This document shows positions 55,401 to 63,214 of a stretch of 64,000 nt of DNA, piece by piece (position 1 is the first letter of the stretch; each line of letters begins with the position of its first letter). The DNA comes from Alphaproteobacteria bacterium (GTDB lineage: Bacteria; Pseudomonadota; Alphaproteobacteria; Micavibrionales; UBA2020): NCBI GenBank assembly GCA_025934695.1, contig JAICWS010000002.1:909043-973042 (forward strand), written 5' to 3'. A program made the position numbers and the translations under genes. Below the pieces are notes generated by a model, which searched no databases, was not told the origin of the DNA, and saw only the letters and a program-made list of their open reading frames with translations.

Positions 55401-55609
55401 AGCGAGAAAGCGGCGACGAACACCACCAGCAGCGCCAGATGCGCCTGCGGGCCGAAGGCCGTCAGGAGGTTCAGGCAGGCGCAGGCGAGAAACAGCGCCA
55501 GCACCGACAGGGCCGGCCAAAAGGCATGCCAGAACCGCTCCAGGAACAGGGCGGAGGCGCTCGTAAAATACACCCAGGCGTATTTTACCCCGAGCTTCAT
55601 GCGACCCAT
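52418..55609 (-). CDS. TIGR02302/DUF4175-type alphaproteobacterial membrane protein with a Gln-rich low-complexity region
   Basis: 1063 aa. N-terminal TM helices, a conserved middle region and a Q/G-rich tract of about 200 aa. Overlaps the lysA stop by 13 nt, a synteny I associate with this family. Confidence 0.8.
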   Translation of the reverse strand: MGRMKLGVKYAWVYFTSASALFLERFWHAFWPALSVLALFLACACLNLLTAFGPQAHLALLVVFVAAFSLASTRLGAPFRLPRGRDVRRTIEIASALRHRPLEAMLDKPVEGTHESGHKLWASYQDRLTRLRDRLKTHRPRPIAAGRDPYAVRFAAITLLALSLITAQGEAGYRIRQAFFVDVTQLYHPAPVALDAWITPPDYTHVNPVFLATTQLGAQAIHGPVTVPENSVLKVRLSGYDDPPHVTYAGAETPPFNAAAARSFTMEMPLTKDGELKIKKGWFRTLGKWQVSVTPDTPPEITLLGTEKGDRASMKIKYKVADDYGVKKIYGLILPTDALRKTLAANNPIEFDIPVPDDLKKDEQVHVADLAAHPWAGSEVMLTLTAVDAAGQETTTKPQKVLLPERTFENPTAQRIIAERKRLIWYENLITDRLVAEALANIANVPANYKYDPLVFLGLDMASKRLVYDGGPESVESDVRLLWDLAVRVEDGGLTLASRELSDALQRLEEGLKDKSLTKDQIQDLMDQVQQKMREYVKTLAQEMQQRMQEGKQTPQLSQELADKLMKRVDMGKLMEQMKELTQGSERERMEKMAQFLRHSVENFDPKKLDQMREAQRKALEALNNLEKLIQRQQSLLDHTNKMPPKPGQKNQQQQQDQQQQSGDQQSQQDQTPGGSQGQEDNQQSGSNGQQDDQQQTNGQQGDEDEQPQDQQGQQQQQPGGQQGQQQQQAGGQQGQQQQQTGGQQGQQQQQPGGQQGQQQQQAGGQQNQQQQQAGGQQGQQQQQADGQQGQQQQQAGGQQSQQGQQGQQGSAGMSSPMPGLPSPLGLPGQQQMGQGQGQQPGQQGHQGQQMQQAGGGDTGRKQQAGGSGGEKIPQGGAGGDQQQAAAGGGGKEKFPDVKTPKEGAAEQGAIRNNLGDLMRSLGGGMSQIPDQFAKADQQMKAAQEALKGGDTQGSAAQQREALQNLQKAEDQALQQMAQSMQMMLSMGFNPGDGSGDGGYGDGFDPLGREGDNGKEGGVIKLPDEKERRRVQQIIEELRSRSNEYQRPKVERDYIDRLLQTFD
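53200..53480 (-). repeat. in-frame 33-bp tandem repeat, eight units, encoding GGQQGQQQQQ(A/P/T)
   Basis: The marker gaccRcc/ggccacc recurs at 53215, 53248, 53281, 53314, 53347, 53380, 53413 and 53446, an exact 33-nt period. Confidence 0.9.
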
Positions 55610-56859
55610 CCGGGGATTTTATCGCGCGCGACGATGTCTTCGACCGTCTGGCAGTCGCGCACCAGCGCGAATTTCTTGCCCTTCACCAGCACTTCGGCCG
55701 CGAGCGGACGCGTGTTGTAGTTGGAGGACATGACCGCGCCATAGGCGCCGCTGGTCATGATGGCGACGAGGTCGCCCGCCTTCAACTCCGGCAGTTTTTC
55801 GTCGATGAGGAAGGTATCGCCCGTCTCGCATACGGGGCCGACCACGTCATAAAGCGTCTTCGCCTTGGCTTTTTTGAACGGCGTGATCGCGTGATAGGCG
55901 CCGTAGAGCGAGGGACGCATCAAGTCGTTCATCGCCGCATCGAGGATGAGGAACTTCTTGTCGCGGCCCTTCTTTACCTGCACGACGCGGCTCAGCAGCA
56001 CGCCCGCATCGCCCACGATCGAGCGTCCCGGCTCGATGATGACATGCACGCTCAAGGGGCCGATCACGTCGCGCACCATCGCGGCGTACAGTGACAGGTC
56101 CGGCGGCGTTTCATCCTTGTAGGTGATGCCGATGCCGCCGCCCAAATCGACGCGGGTAATGTTGTGGCCCTGCTTGCGCAGCGTCTTCACCAGCTCGGCC
56201 ACGCGCATATAGGCTTTTCTGAACGGTGCGAGAGAGGTGAGTTGCGAGCCGATATGCACGGCCACGCCCGCCGCCTCGACGCCCGGCAGCTTTTTCGCGC
56301 GCGCATAGAGCGCGGGCGCCTGGCGGATGTCGACGCCGAACTTGTTTTCCTTCTTGCCGGTCGTGATTTTGGCGTGGGTGCGTGCATCCACATTGGGATT
56401 GACGCGGAAAGCGACGGTGACTTTTTTGCGCAGGCGCACGGCCAGGCGCGAGATCATTTCCAGCTCGGGCTCGGATTCCACGTTGATCTGGAACAGCCCG
56501 CGCCGGATTGCTTCTTCCAGTTCCGCTTCGCTTTTGCCGACACCAGAGAAAACGATTTTGGAGACCGGAATTCCCCCTTTGAGCGCGCGGTAGAGTTCGC
56601 CGCCCGAGACGATATCGGCGCCGGCGCCCTGCTTTTGCAACAGGCGCAGGACAGCGAGGTTGCTGTTGGCCTTGCAGGCATAGCAGATCGTGAATCCGCT
56701 GTCGGGCATGACAAGCCCCAGTGCCTTGCGGTAAGCGTTGAAATTCTTCTCGATGCGGTCGGCGCTATAACAATAAACCGGCGTGCCGAACTGGTCCGCG
56801 ATCTTGTCGAGCGCGACCTCTTCCATGCACAGCGAATTGTTGCGGTATTGAGTGGCCAT
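55597..56859 (-). CDS. lysA: diaminopimelate decarboxylase
   Basis: 420 aa. PLP-Lys region ICYACKANSN. Blocks GGGIGI, EPGRSIV and CETGD. Confidence 0.95.
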   Translation of the reverse strand: MATQYRNNSLCMEEVALDKIADQFGTPVYCYSADRIEKNFNAYRKALGLVMPDSGFTICYACKANSNLAVLRLLQKQGAGADIVSGGELYRALKGGIPVSKIVFSGVGKSEAELEEAIRRGLFQINVESEPELEMISRLAVRLRKKVTVAFRVNPNVDARTHAKITTGKKENKFGVDIRQAPALYARAKKLPGVEAAGVAVHIGSQLTSLAPFRKAYMRVAELVKTLRKQGHNITRVDLGGGIGITYKDETPPDLSLYAAMVRDVIGPLSVHVIIEPGRSIVGDAGVLLSRVVQVKKGRDKKFLILDAAMNDLMRPSLYGAYHAITPFKKAKAKTLYDVVGPVCETGDTFLIDEKLPELKAGDLVAIMTSGAYGAVMSSNYNTRPLAAEVLVKGKKFALVRDCQTVEDIVARDKIPGWVA

Positions 56860-56868
56860 GTTTTTTGT

Positions 56869-57018
56869 CTACTTCGGAGAGGGATCGGTTTTCGGGTCAG
56901 GATAGACGGCGGGGAAAGAATCCTTCTTCACGCCGGGCGGCGGATCGACCTTCGCCGGTTTCACGCCGCAGCCCGTCAGGAGGACGGCCACGCACAGGGA
57001 AAGCACTATTATTTTCAT
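56869..57018 (-). CDS. small lipoprotein (LptM/YifL-like position upstream of lysA); absent from the ORF track
   Basis: 49 aa: MKIIVLSLCVAVLLTGCGVKPAKVDPPPGVKKDSFPAVYPDPKTDPSPK. Lipobox LLTGC. Stop lies 9 nt before the lysA start. Confidence 0.6.
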   Translation of the reverse strand: MKIIVLSLCVAVLLTGCGVKPAKVDPPPGVKKDSFPAVYPDPKTDPSPK

Positions 57019-57077
57019 TCATCACCCTCTATATAAAGTAACATAGAGTTCAAATACTTATTGTGGAGTTAAGACCT

Positions 57078-57629
57078 ATGGCGGTAAAGCATCAAATGAA
57101 GCTCTGGGTCGTTGCGCTGGCCGCCTTGCTGTCTTATGGCATCGTTCTTTCCATTCTATCACAACAGCAGGCGCCGCAGCAAAATATTGCGGAAAATCAA
57201 GCACCTGACGCGCTTCCCGCCGCCAGCTTTTATGACGCCGCCGGCAAAGCGGTGACCTTAGCCGACTTCAAAGGCCATCCGGTGCTCGTCAACCTCTGGG
57301 CTACCTGGTGCCCGCCCTGCGTGGCCGAGCTGCCCTCGCTCGACAAACTGCAGGCCAAACTCAAGAACAAGGGGCTTATCGTCGTGGCCATCTCGATGGA
57401 CCATGGTGATGATATGACCCCCATCGCGAAATTTCTCCATAAGCAGCGCATCGAACATCTCTCGCCCTATTGGGACAAGGACCGCGCCGTCTCGGAAGCT
57501 TGGCACGCCGAAGACCTGCCCGTCAGCTATTTCATCGGCAAGGATGGCAAGGTTGTGAAGAAATATGAAGGCACCTTCACCTGGGACAAGGGCGAGATGT
57601 ACAGGGCGGTCGAAGCTTTTGTGAAATAA
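57078..57629 (+). CDS. TlpA-family periplasmic thiol:disulfide oxidoreductase
   Basis: N-terminal anchor, thioredoxin motif WATWCPPCVAELP, and a TlpA/ResA-like fold. Confidence 0.8.
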   Translation: MAVKHQMKLWVVALAALLSYGIVLSILSQQQAPQQNIAENQAPDALPAASFYDAAGKAVTLADFKGHPVLVNLWATWCPPCVAELPSLDKLQAKLKNKGLIVVAISMDHGDDMTPIAKFLHKQRIEHLSPYWDKDRAVSEAWHAEDLPVSYFIGKDGKVVKKYEGTFTWDKGEMYRAVEAFVK

Positions 57630-57674
57630 CCCACCTGCGTCATCCCACGAAAGCGGGAATGACCTCTACAGAAC

Positions 57675-57722
57675 AAAAAAACGCCCGCACGGCCGGCAAG
57701 CGGCAACGTGCGGGCGCTTTTG
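57675..57722. terminator. bidirectional rho-independent terminator between convergent genes
   Basis: A-run, stem cgcccgcacg / cgtgcgggcg, T-run. Flanked by short family C palindromes at 57639..57663 and 57724..57750. Confidence 0.7.
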
Positions 57723-57764
57723 CGAATTCCCGCGTTATAGCGGGAACGACAAACCAGTAAACAA

Positions 57765-58304
57765 TTAAGGTATCAGGCCTTCGTCGGTCAGGCGCGCCTT
57801 GTCGCGGCCGCTCAGCACGCCGACATCCGTCTCGTCGACGTCGGTGATGCCCATTTCCTGCTCGAGGTCCTGTTTGCGCCGCTCCATTTTGCGGCCGAGC
57901 GCGTCGAGGTCGATCTTGGCGCTCTTCGCCTCGGGGAACATCTTGCCTTCTTCTTCCTTGATGTGGTGCTTGACCTGTTCGGACAGCACAATGAACTTGG
58001 CGTCGTACATGTCTTCGCCCGGCATCATGTCGAGAAGCTGCTCGATAAGATCCTTGGCACCGGCATGCTCGACCTTTGCCTCGTCCATCAGTTCATCATC
58101 GCCCGTCGCTTTGCGCACGGCGGGGTAGAACAACTCTTCCTCGAGCTTGGTGTGGACGAGCAGCGCGTTGCAGGCTTTCTTCACCAGTGCTGCCTTTTCG
58201 GCGTGCGGCGCATCGTCTTCGACAAGCTGCTTGAACTGCTTGAAGATCTTTTTGACCTCGTCATGATCATCGGTCAGAAGGTCGATGGCGTCTTTTTTGC
58301 CCAT
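57765..58304 (-). CDS. hemerythrin-domain protein
   Basis: 179 aa from ATG 58304. DLLTDDHDEVKKIF, HTKLEEELFYP, EHAGAKDLI, HHIKEEEGKMFP. Confidence 0.75.
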   Translation of the reverse strand: MGKKDAIDLLTDDHDEVKKIFKQFKQLVEDDAPHAEKAALVKKACNALLVHTKLEEELFYPAVRKATGDDELMDEAKVEHAGAKDLIEQLLDMMPGEDMYDAKFIVLSEQVKHHIKEEEGKMFPEAKSAKIDLDALGRKMERRKQDLEQEMGITDVDETDVGVLSGRDKARLTDEGLIP

Positions 58305-58421
58305 CAGTTTTTCCTTCAGCGTCGTTTTTTTTGAATTCTTTCTCATTGTCGCCCTCGCGTCCTTGGCCTTGGGGTTGCATCGGTTATTCCAACGCCCCCC
58401 GGCAACGGTCGTTCCCGCGAA

Positions 58422-58736
58422 TTAGCCCAATGATTTCAGCCATTTCGACAGTTTGTCGTATAGCGCTTCGGCATCGCCATGGACGAGTACCGTTTTTTGA
58501 CGGTTCGTCTCACCCGACAGGAGTGAGAAGCACGATTTGGGCAGGCCCCATTCCGCGGCCAGCAAGGCGAAGAGTTCTTTATTCGCCTTGCCCCCTTCCG
58601 GGGGCGAACGGACAGAGATTTTGAGAACGCGCTTGCCGTCGCCCGCATCGGCAAGGCCCGTGATCCCCTCCTGCCGTGCGCCGGGCGTCAAGCGCAGGTT
58701 CACCGTTACGCCGTCCTTGTGGCGGCGCAAGACCAT
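58422..58736 (-). CDS. DUF167 (YggU) family protein
   Basis: 104 aa from ATG 58736. Motifs LRLTPGARQEGI...LKISVRSPPEGGKANKEL. Confidence 0.75.
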   Translation of the reverse strand: MVLRRHKDGVTVNLRLTPGARQEGITGLADAGDGKRVLKISVRSPPEGGKANKELFALLAAEWGLPKSCFSLLSGETNRQKTVLVHGDAEALYDKLSKWLKSLG

Positions 58737-58737
58737 G

Positions 58738-59013
58738 TTATTTTTCCCGCTTGATGTCGACGCGCAGGCTGCCGTTCTGCAGCGGGTCGACGAGGTAGAG
58801 GTAATCCCCTTTAGGCGCCTCGACGTAAAGCGCGAGACCATTCTGCCACTGCGACATCATCTTGATGCTACTGCCAGCGGGCAGGGAGATTTCCTTCATT
58901 GTCTCGTGCTTGGGCTTCAGCGAAGCGTTCGTCGCAATGCCGTAAACGACCAGCCCCAGCCCCGCGAACAGGAGAATGGTCATGACAGTGACAAGGGCGA
59001 TCATTCCGCGCAT
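58738..59013 (-). CDS. small N-terminally anchored hypothetical protein
   Basis: 91 aa with TM IALVTVMTILLFAGLGLVVYGI. Its stop lies 1 nt from the start of the DUF167 gene. Confidence 0.45.
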   Translation of the reverse strand: MRGMIALVTVMTILLFAGLGLVVYGIATNASLKPKHETMKEISLPAGSSIKMMSQWQNGLALYVEAPKGDYLYLVDPLQNGSLRVDIKREK

Positions 59014-59048
59014 GGTGTTATTCCTTGATTTTGCCTATATTATCTATC

Positions 59049-60029
59049 ATGGAACGCCTGACGGTAAAAGCGGCAAACGAGGACGAGGGCCAGCGCCTGG
59101 ACAAGGTGCTGACACGCCATGCGCCGCAGTTTTCGCGGGCGCGGCTGCAAAGCCTGATTGAGGCCGGCCATGTGACGGCGGCCGGCAAGGCGCTGACCGG
59201 CAGTTCGCACAAGGTCAAGGCGGGGGACGAATTCATCGTGACCGTGCCGCCCGCCATCGAAGCCGAGCCGCGGGCGCAGGACATTCCCCTCGACATCGTC
59301 TACGAAGACAAGGATCTGCTCGTCATCAACAAATCGCCCGACATGGTGGTGCACCCGGCAGCGGGGAACTGGGACGGCACGCTCGTCAACGCGCTGCTCG
59401 CCCATTGCGGCAACGAGCTTTCCGGCATCGGCGGCGTGAAGCGACCGGGCATCGTGCACCGGCTGGACAAGGAAACATCGGGGCTCATGGTCGTGGCGAA
59501 GAATGACGCCGCGCACAAGGGATTATCCGAGCAGCTCGCAAAACGGACTCTTAAACGTGTTTACGAGGCCATCGTCTGGGGCAATGTCTCGCCCGTAAAA
59601 GGACGCGTCGAAACCAATATCGGCCGCAGCCGCGCCAATCGCCAGAAAATGGCGGTGCAGGAAGAGGGCGGGAAGGAAGCGGTCACGGATTATGAGGTGC
59701 TGGAGGGGTTCGGCCTCGTGGCCTCGCTCGTCGAATGCAGGCTCCAGACCGGGCGCACCCACCAGATCCGCGTCCATATGGCCCATATCCAGCACTGGCT
59801 GGTGGGCGACCCGGTCTATGGCCGCAGCGCGATTACCCGATTCCTGAAACTGCACAAGGTCAGCGAGAAACTGGCCCAGTCCCTGAAAGACTTCCCGCGC
59901 CAGGCCCTGCATGCGGCGCGCCTTGAATTTGTGCACCCGATAAGCCAGAATAAAATAAAGCTGACAGCCGAAGCTCCGGGAGATATGAAAAACCTGTTGA
60001 AGCTTCTGAAGAAAGAGTACCGAGGGTAA
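59049..60029 (+). CDS. rluD: RluA-family 23S rRNA pseudouridine synthase (RluD-like)
   Basis: S4 domain followed by the catalytic motif HRLDKETSGLMVVAK and HQIRVH. Confidence 0.9.
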   Translation: MERLTVKAANEDEGQRLDKVLTRHAPQFSRARLQSLIEAGHVTAAGKALTGSSHKVKAGDEFIVTVPPAIEAEPRAQDIPLDIVYEDKDLLVINKSPDMVVHPAAGNWDGTLVNALLAHCGNELSGIGGVKRPGIVHRLDKETSGLMVVAKNDAAHKGLSEQLAKRTLKRVYEAIVWGNVSPVKGRVETNIGRSRANRQKMAVQEEGGKEAVTDYEVLEGFGLVASLVECRLQTGRTHQIRVHMAHIQHWLVGDPVYGRSAITRFLKLHKVSEKLAQSLKDFPRQALHAARLEFVHPISQNKIKLTAEAPGDMKNLLKLLKKEYRG

Positions 60030-60037
60030 TTATTGAC

Positions 60038-60682
60038 ATGACGATTGATCCGAACGCGCCCATCACGGCGGCCGCCGATGCCGGCCACATGAACAAGGGC
60101 GAGGAAGTCGACCTGACGCACCTCGACCAGAGCCTGCGCCGCGTGTTCGTTGGCCTGGGCTGGGACGCGCCGGAATCGAAGGACGGTCATCCAGTCGACG
60201 TCGACGCCTGCGCCTTCATCCTCAACCGCGACAACCGCGTGCGCCGCGACACCGATTTCGTCTTCTACAACAACCTCGAGACGGAATCCGGCGCCATCAA
60301 GCACAAGGGCGACAATACCTCCGGGCTCGACCCGTCCAAGGCGACTGAAGCGACCGACGCCGAAGTCATCGAGCTTGAGCTGGAAGGATTCGCCTTCGAT
60401 GTGGAAAAGATCGCCTTTTCCGTCACCATTCATAACGCTGAGGAGCGCGGCCAGACCTTTGGCCTCGTCAAGAACGCCTACATGCGCATCGTTAATATCG
60501 AGACCGGCCGCGAACTGGCGCGTTTCGACCTTACCGAAGACGCGGGCGCCGACAATGCGATCGTTTTCGGCGAGCTGATCCGCGACGGCATTAACTGGAA
60601 GTTCAAGGCCATCGGCCAGAGCAGCAAGGGCGGCCTTTACAAGATCGCCCGCGAATACGGCGTCAACGTCGCCCCGAACTGA
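60038..60682 (+). CDS. TerD-domain protein (tellurium-resistance/stress family), single copy
   Basis: 214 aa. GLGWD...VDVDACAFIL...DFVFYNN...HKGDNTSG...FSVTIHNA...NWKFKAIG. Confidence 0.85.
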   Translation: MTIDPNAPITAAADAGHMNKGEEVDLTHLDQSLRRVFVGLGWDAPESKDGHPVDVDACAFILNRDNRVRRDTDFVFYNNLETESGAIKHKGDNTSGLDPSKATEATDAEVIELELEGFAFDVEKIAFSVTIHNAEERGQTFGLVKNAYMRIVNIETGRELARFDLTEDAGADNAIVFGELIRDGINWKFKAIGQSSKGGLYKIAREYGVNVAPN

Positions 60683-60835
60683 CTCATTATTTTTCGGAAT
60701 CCGCCGCTCGCGCCCTGTCAGGCCCTCGGCGCACACCGCCTTTAACAAATAATCAACATTCTTTCATTACTGTCGAAACGATCTTGCGTCGTTACGCGTT
60801 TGGATAAACCAGAATAAATTTTCAGGAGATCCTTT

Positions 60836-61006
60836 ATGGCCACAGCACTCAGGAAAGAGCAGACCGACATCGTTTCAACGGCAAGCCGCCGGGAGCACGC
60901 GATCGCCGCCCGCCGCGACATTCGCCTGGCCTGCTCGCAGAAATTCACCGAGGAAGAGATCGCTCATTTCGAATGCCTCGGCCTTTCCAGCTGGGAAATC
61001 CGGTAA
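60836..61006 (+). CDS. possible small ORF (56 aa); absent from the ORF track
   Basis: AGGAG lies 7 nt upstream of the ATG. MATALRKEQTDIVSTASRREHAIAAARRDIRLACSQKFTEEEIAHFECLGLSSWEIR. No family recognised. Confidence 0.25.
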   Translation: MATALRKEQTDIVSTASRREHAIAARRDIRLACSQKFTEEEIAHFECLGLSSWEIR

Positions 61007-61010
61007 ATAC

Positions 61011-63140
61011 CTAAATTTTTGAGGGCGCGATCTTGGCGGGCGTCTGGGTCAGGTCGATGGTCCAGCCGTTGAACAGGAATTCCGCATGCCAGACATCGCC
61101 GAACTCGACAGGTATATTCTTTTTGCTGAAGACGGTCAGCCGGTGCGTGCCATGGCCTTCGCTTAAGGCGCTGGTCCACGTATGTTTCAGCGCGACGCCG
61201 GGCTCGATGGCGCCATAGCGCGGGCTGTAGAGGAACGCGGGGTTGCTCTCGGAACCGGCGATGATTTCGGCCTGGTCGGTTTCCTTGGCGCGCAACAGCC
61301 TCACCCAGGCGGTGTCGCGGCCGCCCGCCGACAGGCGGTAATTCATCTGCCCCATGTCCTCGATGCGCGTGCCGGGCGGGAAATGCCAGTACTGGTCGAG
61401 CGCGTGGCGGCCCTGGCCCTGCAGCTGGTCGACGACCACGATGGTGTCGCCGGCCTTGAACCAGATCACCACGCGGCGGTGCGTCACGCCGATGTCATGA
61501 TAGCTGTCGTGCTGCGCGTCGATCAGCGCATAATCCTCCTCCTCATGCACCTGCGTGAAACCGGGCTTGACGGTGCGCGACCAGTCGAAATTGCGCAACG
61601 GCTGCGCCTGCCCCTGCTTGTCCACGGTGATCGTATTATGCGCGGCGGTGCTCCGCAGCGCGTTGCGAATGCCCCGGGCGTCGCTGAAGCGGTAGGTCCC
61701 GCTATCGACGAGCACGGGCTTGCCGTCCAGGAACAGCAGCAGGCTTAAAAGGTCCGCGTGGTTATGGGCCGACTGCGGAAACGGGTCGGGATTGTTCTTG
61801 AGCATCAGCCAGTCGGTGTTTTTGCGCAGGATGTGCAGGCCGCCGTTGCGCAGCTCGTTCACGAAGGGGAATTTCGCGGGATATTCCGCGATCATGCGGA
61901 ATTCCTCGGCTCCCGCCTCGCCCAGCAGCAGGTGGGCGTATAGCGGATAAGGTCTGCCGGCCGATGATTTGAAGTCCGGCCGGTCGTAAAGGATCGCCAT
62001 GACCGCCATCACGCCCTCGATGCGCTGCGCGACGGAAAGCGGCAGGGGGATCACGCGCCCGCTGTCATTGTCGTTGATGTTGGGCAATCCGCCATCGGGC
62101 TGTTGCGCGGGACGCAGGACCGCCGTCATCTTCTCGAGGATGGCATAGCATTTGGAGGGCAGGGGCCTTTTCTGCCGCCGCATCTCGGTGAACAGCAGCG
62201 CCAGGAATTCGACGATCTGCAGCTGGTATCCGAACGAGGCCTCGAAGTGCACGCCGTCGGGCAGCACCTGCGCGTCGAGCGCGGGCCACAGGATGTCGAG
62301 CGCCCGATTGAGCCAGCGCGGCGCATCCTGCCATTCGGGATATTGCAGCGCGATCCAGGCCAGCGCCGCAGCCTCGCCCAGCACGTTGTTGCTGCCCGAC
62401 ACCTTGCCATCGTGGGAAAGATATTCGGAGATGTGTCGCGCCTGCGAATAGACGTTGCGGTGCAGCCGCTCCTGCGTCGCTTCGTCCCAGTCCGGGGATC
62501 CGCGCAGGAGGCGGTCGGCGAAAATCCACGATACGCAGCGCAGTCCGATGTCGACGCCGGAGATATAATTGACTCCGGTTTCGGGCGTGTTCTGGTCGCA
62601 CCAGGAATGCAGGAACTTCTTCACCGCCTGCGCATAGCGCGCGTCGCCGGTGAATTTCCAGGCCAGCGCCAGGGGCACGAAGAACTGGTGCCGGTTCATT
62701 TCCCAGCAGGGCTTGATGTCGCCCAGGTGCGAGATGTTCTTGAACTGGATTTCCGACCAGTGCGCGCGCGGCCACAGGCCGCCCGGGCCCAGCGAATGAT
62801 GCCATTCCACCTGTTCGCCGAACTCGAATTCCGCGCCGAGAAACGAAAACTTCTTCATCACCGCGCGGTTCGCGGCCTCGATGATGTCGGGGGTGACGAG
62901 CGCCGCTGGAATCTCTTTCCACGGCGCGGGCCGGCTGTTGTGCTCGGCCAGGAAATCGTGAATCGTCTCGAACCGGTGCGGCGCGAAAACGGCGAGGAAT
63001 TCGGCGCTGGTAAGTTCATGGGCGGGCAGGCGGCGGCGGAAAGCGCCCAAGACGGCAGCGAAAATGGAAACGATGCGCGCGGTCAGGTCCGCCCGCTCGC
63101 CCAGCTGCATTTCTTCGTACAGGCGTTGAAAGGTCCTCAT
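61011..63140 (-). CDS. heparinase II/III-like family protein
   Basis: 709 aa. Alpha/alpha toroid N-terminal half and beta-sandwich C-terminal half, with HNHADLLS and AHNTITVD blocks typical of this family. Confidence 0.75.
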   Translation of the reverse strand: MRTFQRLYEEMQLGERADLTARIVSIFAAVLGAFRRRLPAHELTSAEFLAVFAPHRFETIHDFLAEHNSRPAPWKEIPAALVTPDIIEAANRAVMKKFSFLGAEFEFGEQVEWHHSLGPGGLWPRAHWSEIQFKNISHLGDIKPCWEMNRHQFFVPLALAWKFTGDARYAQAVKKFLHSWCDQNTPETGVNYISGVDIGLRCVSWIFADRLLRGSPDWDEATQERLHRNVYSQARHISEYLSHDGKVSGSNNVLGEAAALAWIALQYPEWQDAPRWLNRALDILWPALDAQVLPDGVHFEASFGYQLQIVEFLALLFTEMRRQKRPLPSKCYAILEKMTAVLRPAQQPDGGLPNINDNDSGRVIPLPLSVAQRIEGVMAVMAILYDRPDFKSSAGRPYPLYAHLLLGEAGAEEFRMIAEYPAKFPFVNELRNGGLHILRKNTDWLMLKNNPDPFPQSAHNHADLLSLLLFLDGKPVLVDSGTYRFSDARGIRNALRSTAAHNTITVDKQGQAQPLRNFDWSRTVKPGFTQVHEEEDYALIDAQHDSYHDIGVTHRRVVIWFKAGDTIVVVDQLQGQGRHALDQYWHFPPGTRIEDMGQMNYRLSAGGRDTAWVRLLRAKETDQAEIIAGSESNPAFLYSPRYGAIEPGVALKHTWTSALSEGHGTHRLTVFSKKNIPVEFGDVWHAEFLFNGWTIDLTQTPAKIAPSKI

Positions 63141-63158
63141 GGGTCGCGATTATGCGCC

Positions 63159-63194
63159 AAAAAAAACAGCGGGGGAAGCTCTTCCCCCGCTGTT
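63159..63194 (-). terminator. rho-independent terminator of the SPFH-like gene
   Basis: cagcggggga / tcccccgctg stem. The plus-strand A8 run becomes a T-tract on the minus strand. Confidence 0.7.
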
Positions 63195-63214
63195 TCCGAA
63201 AATGTCGTTTCCGG

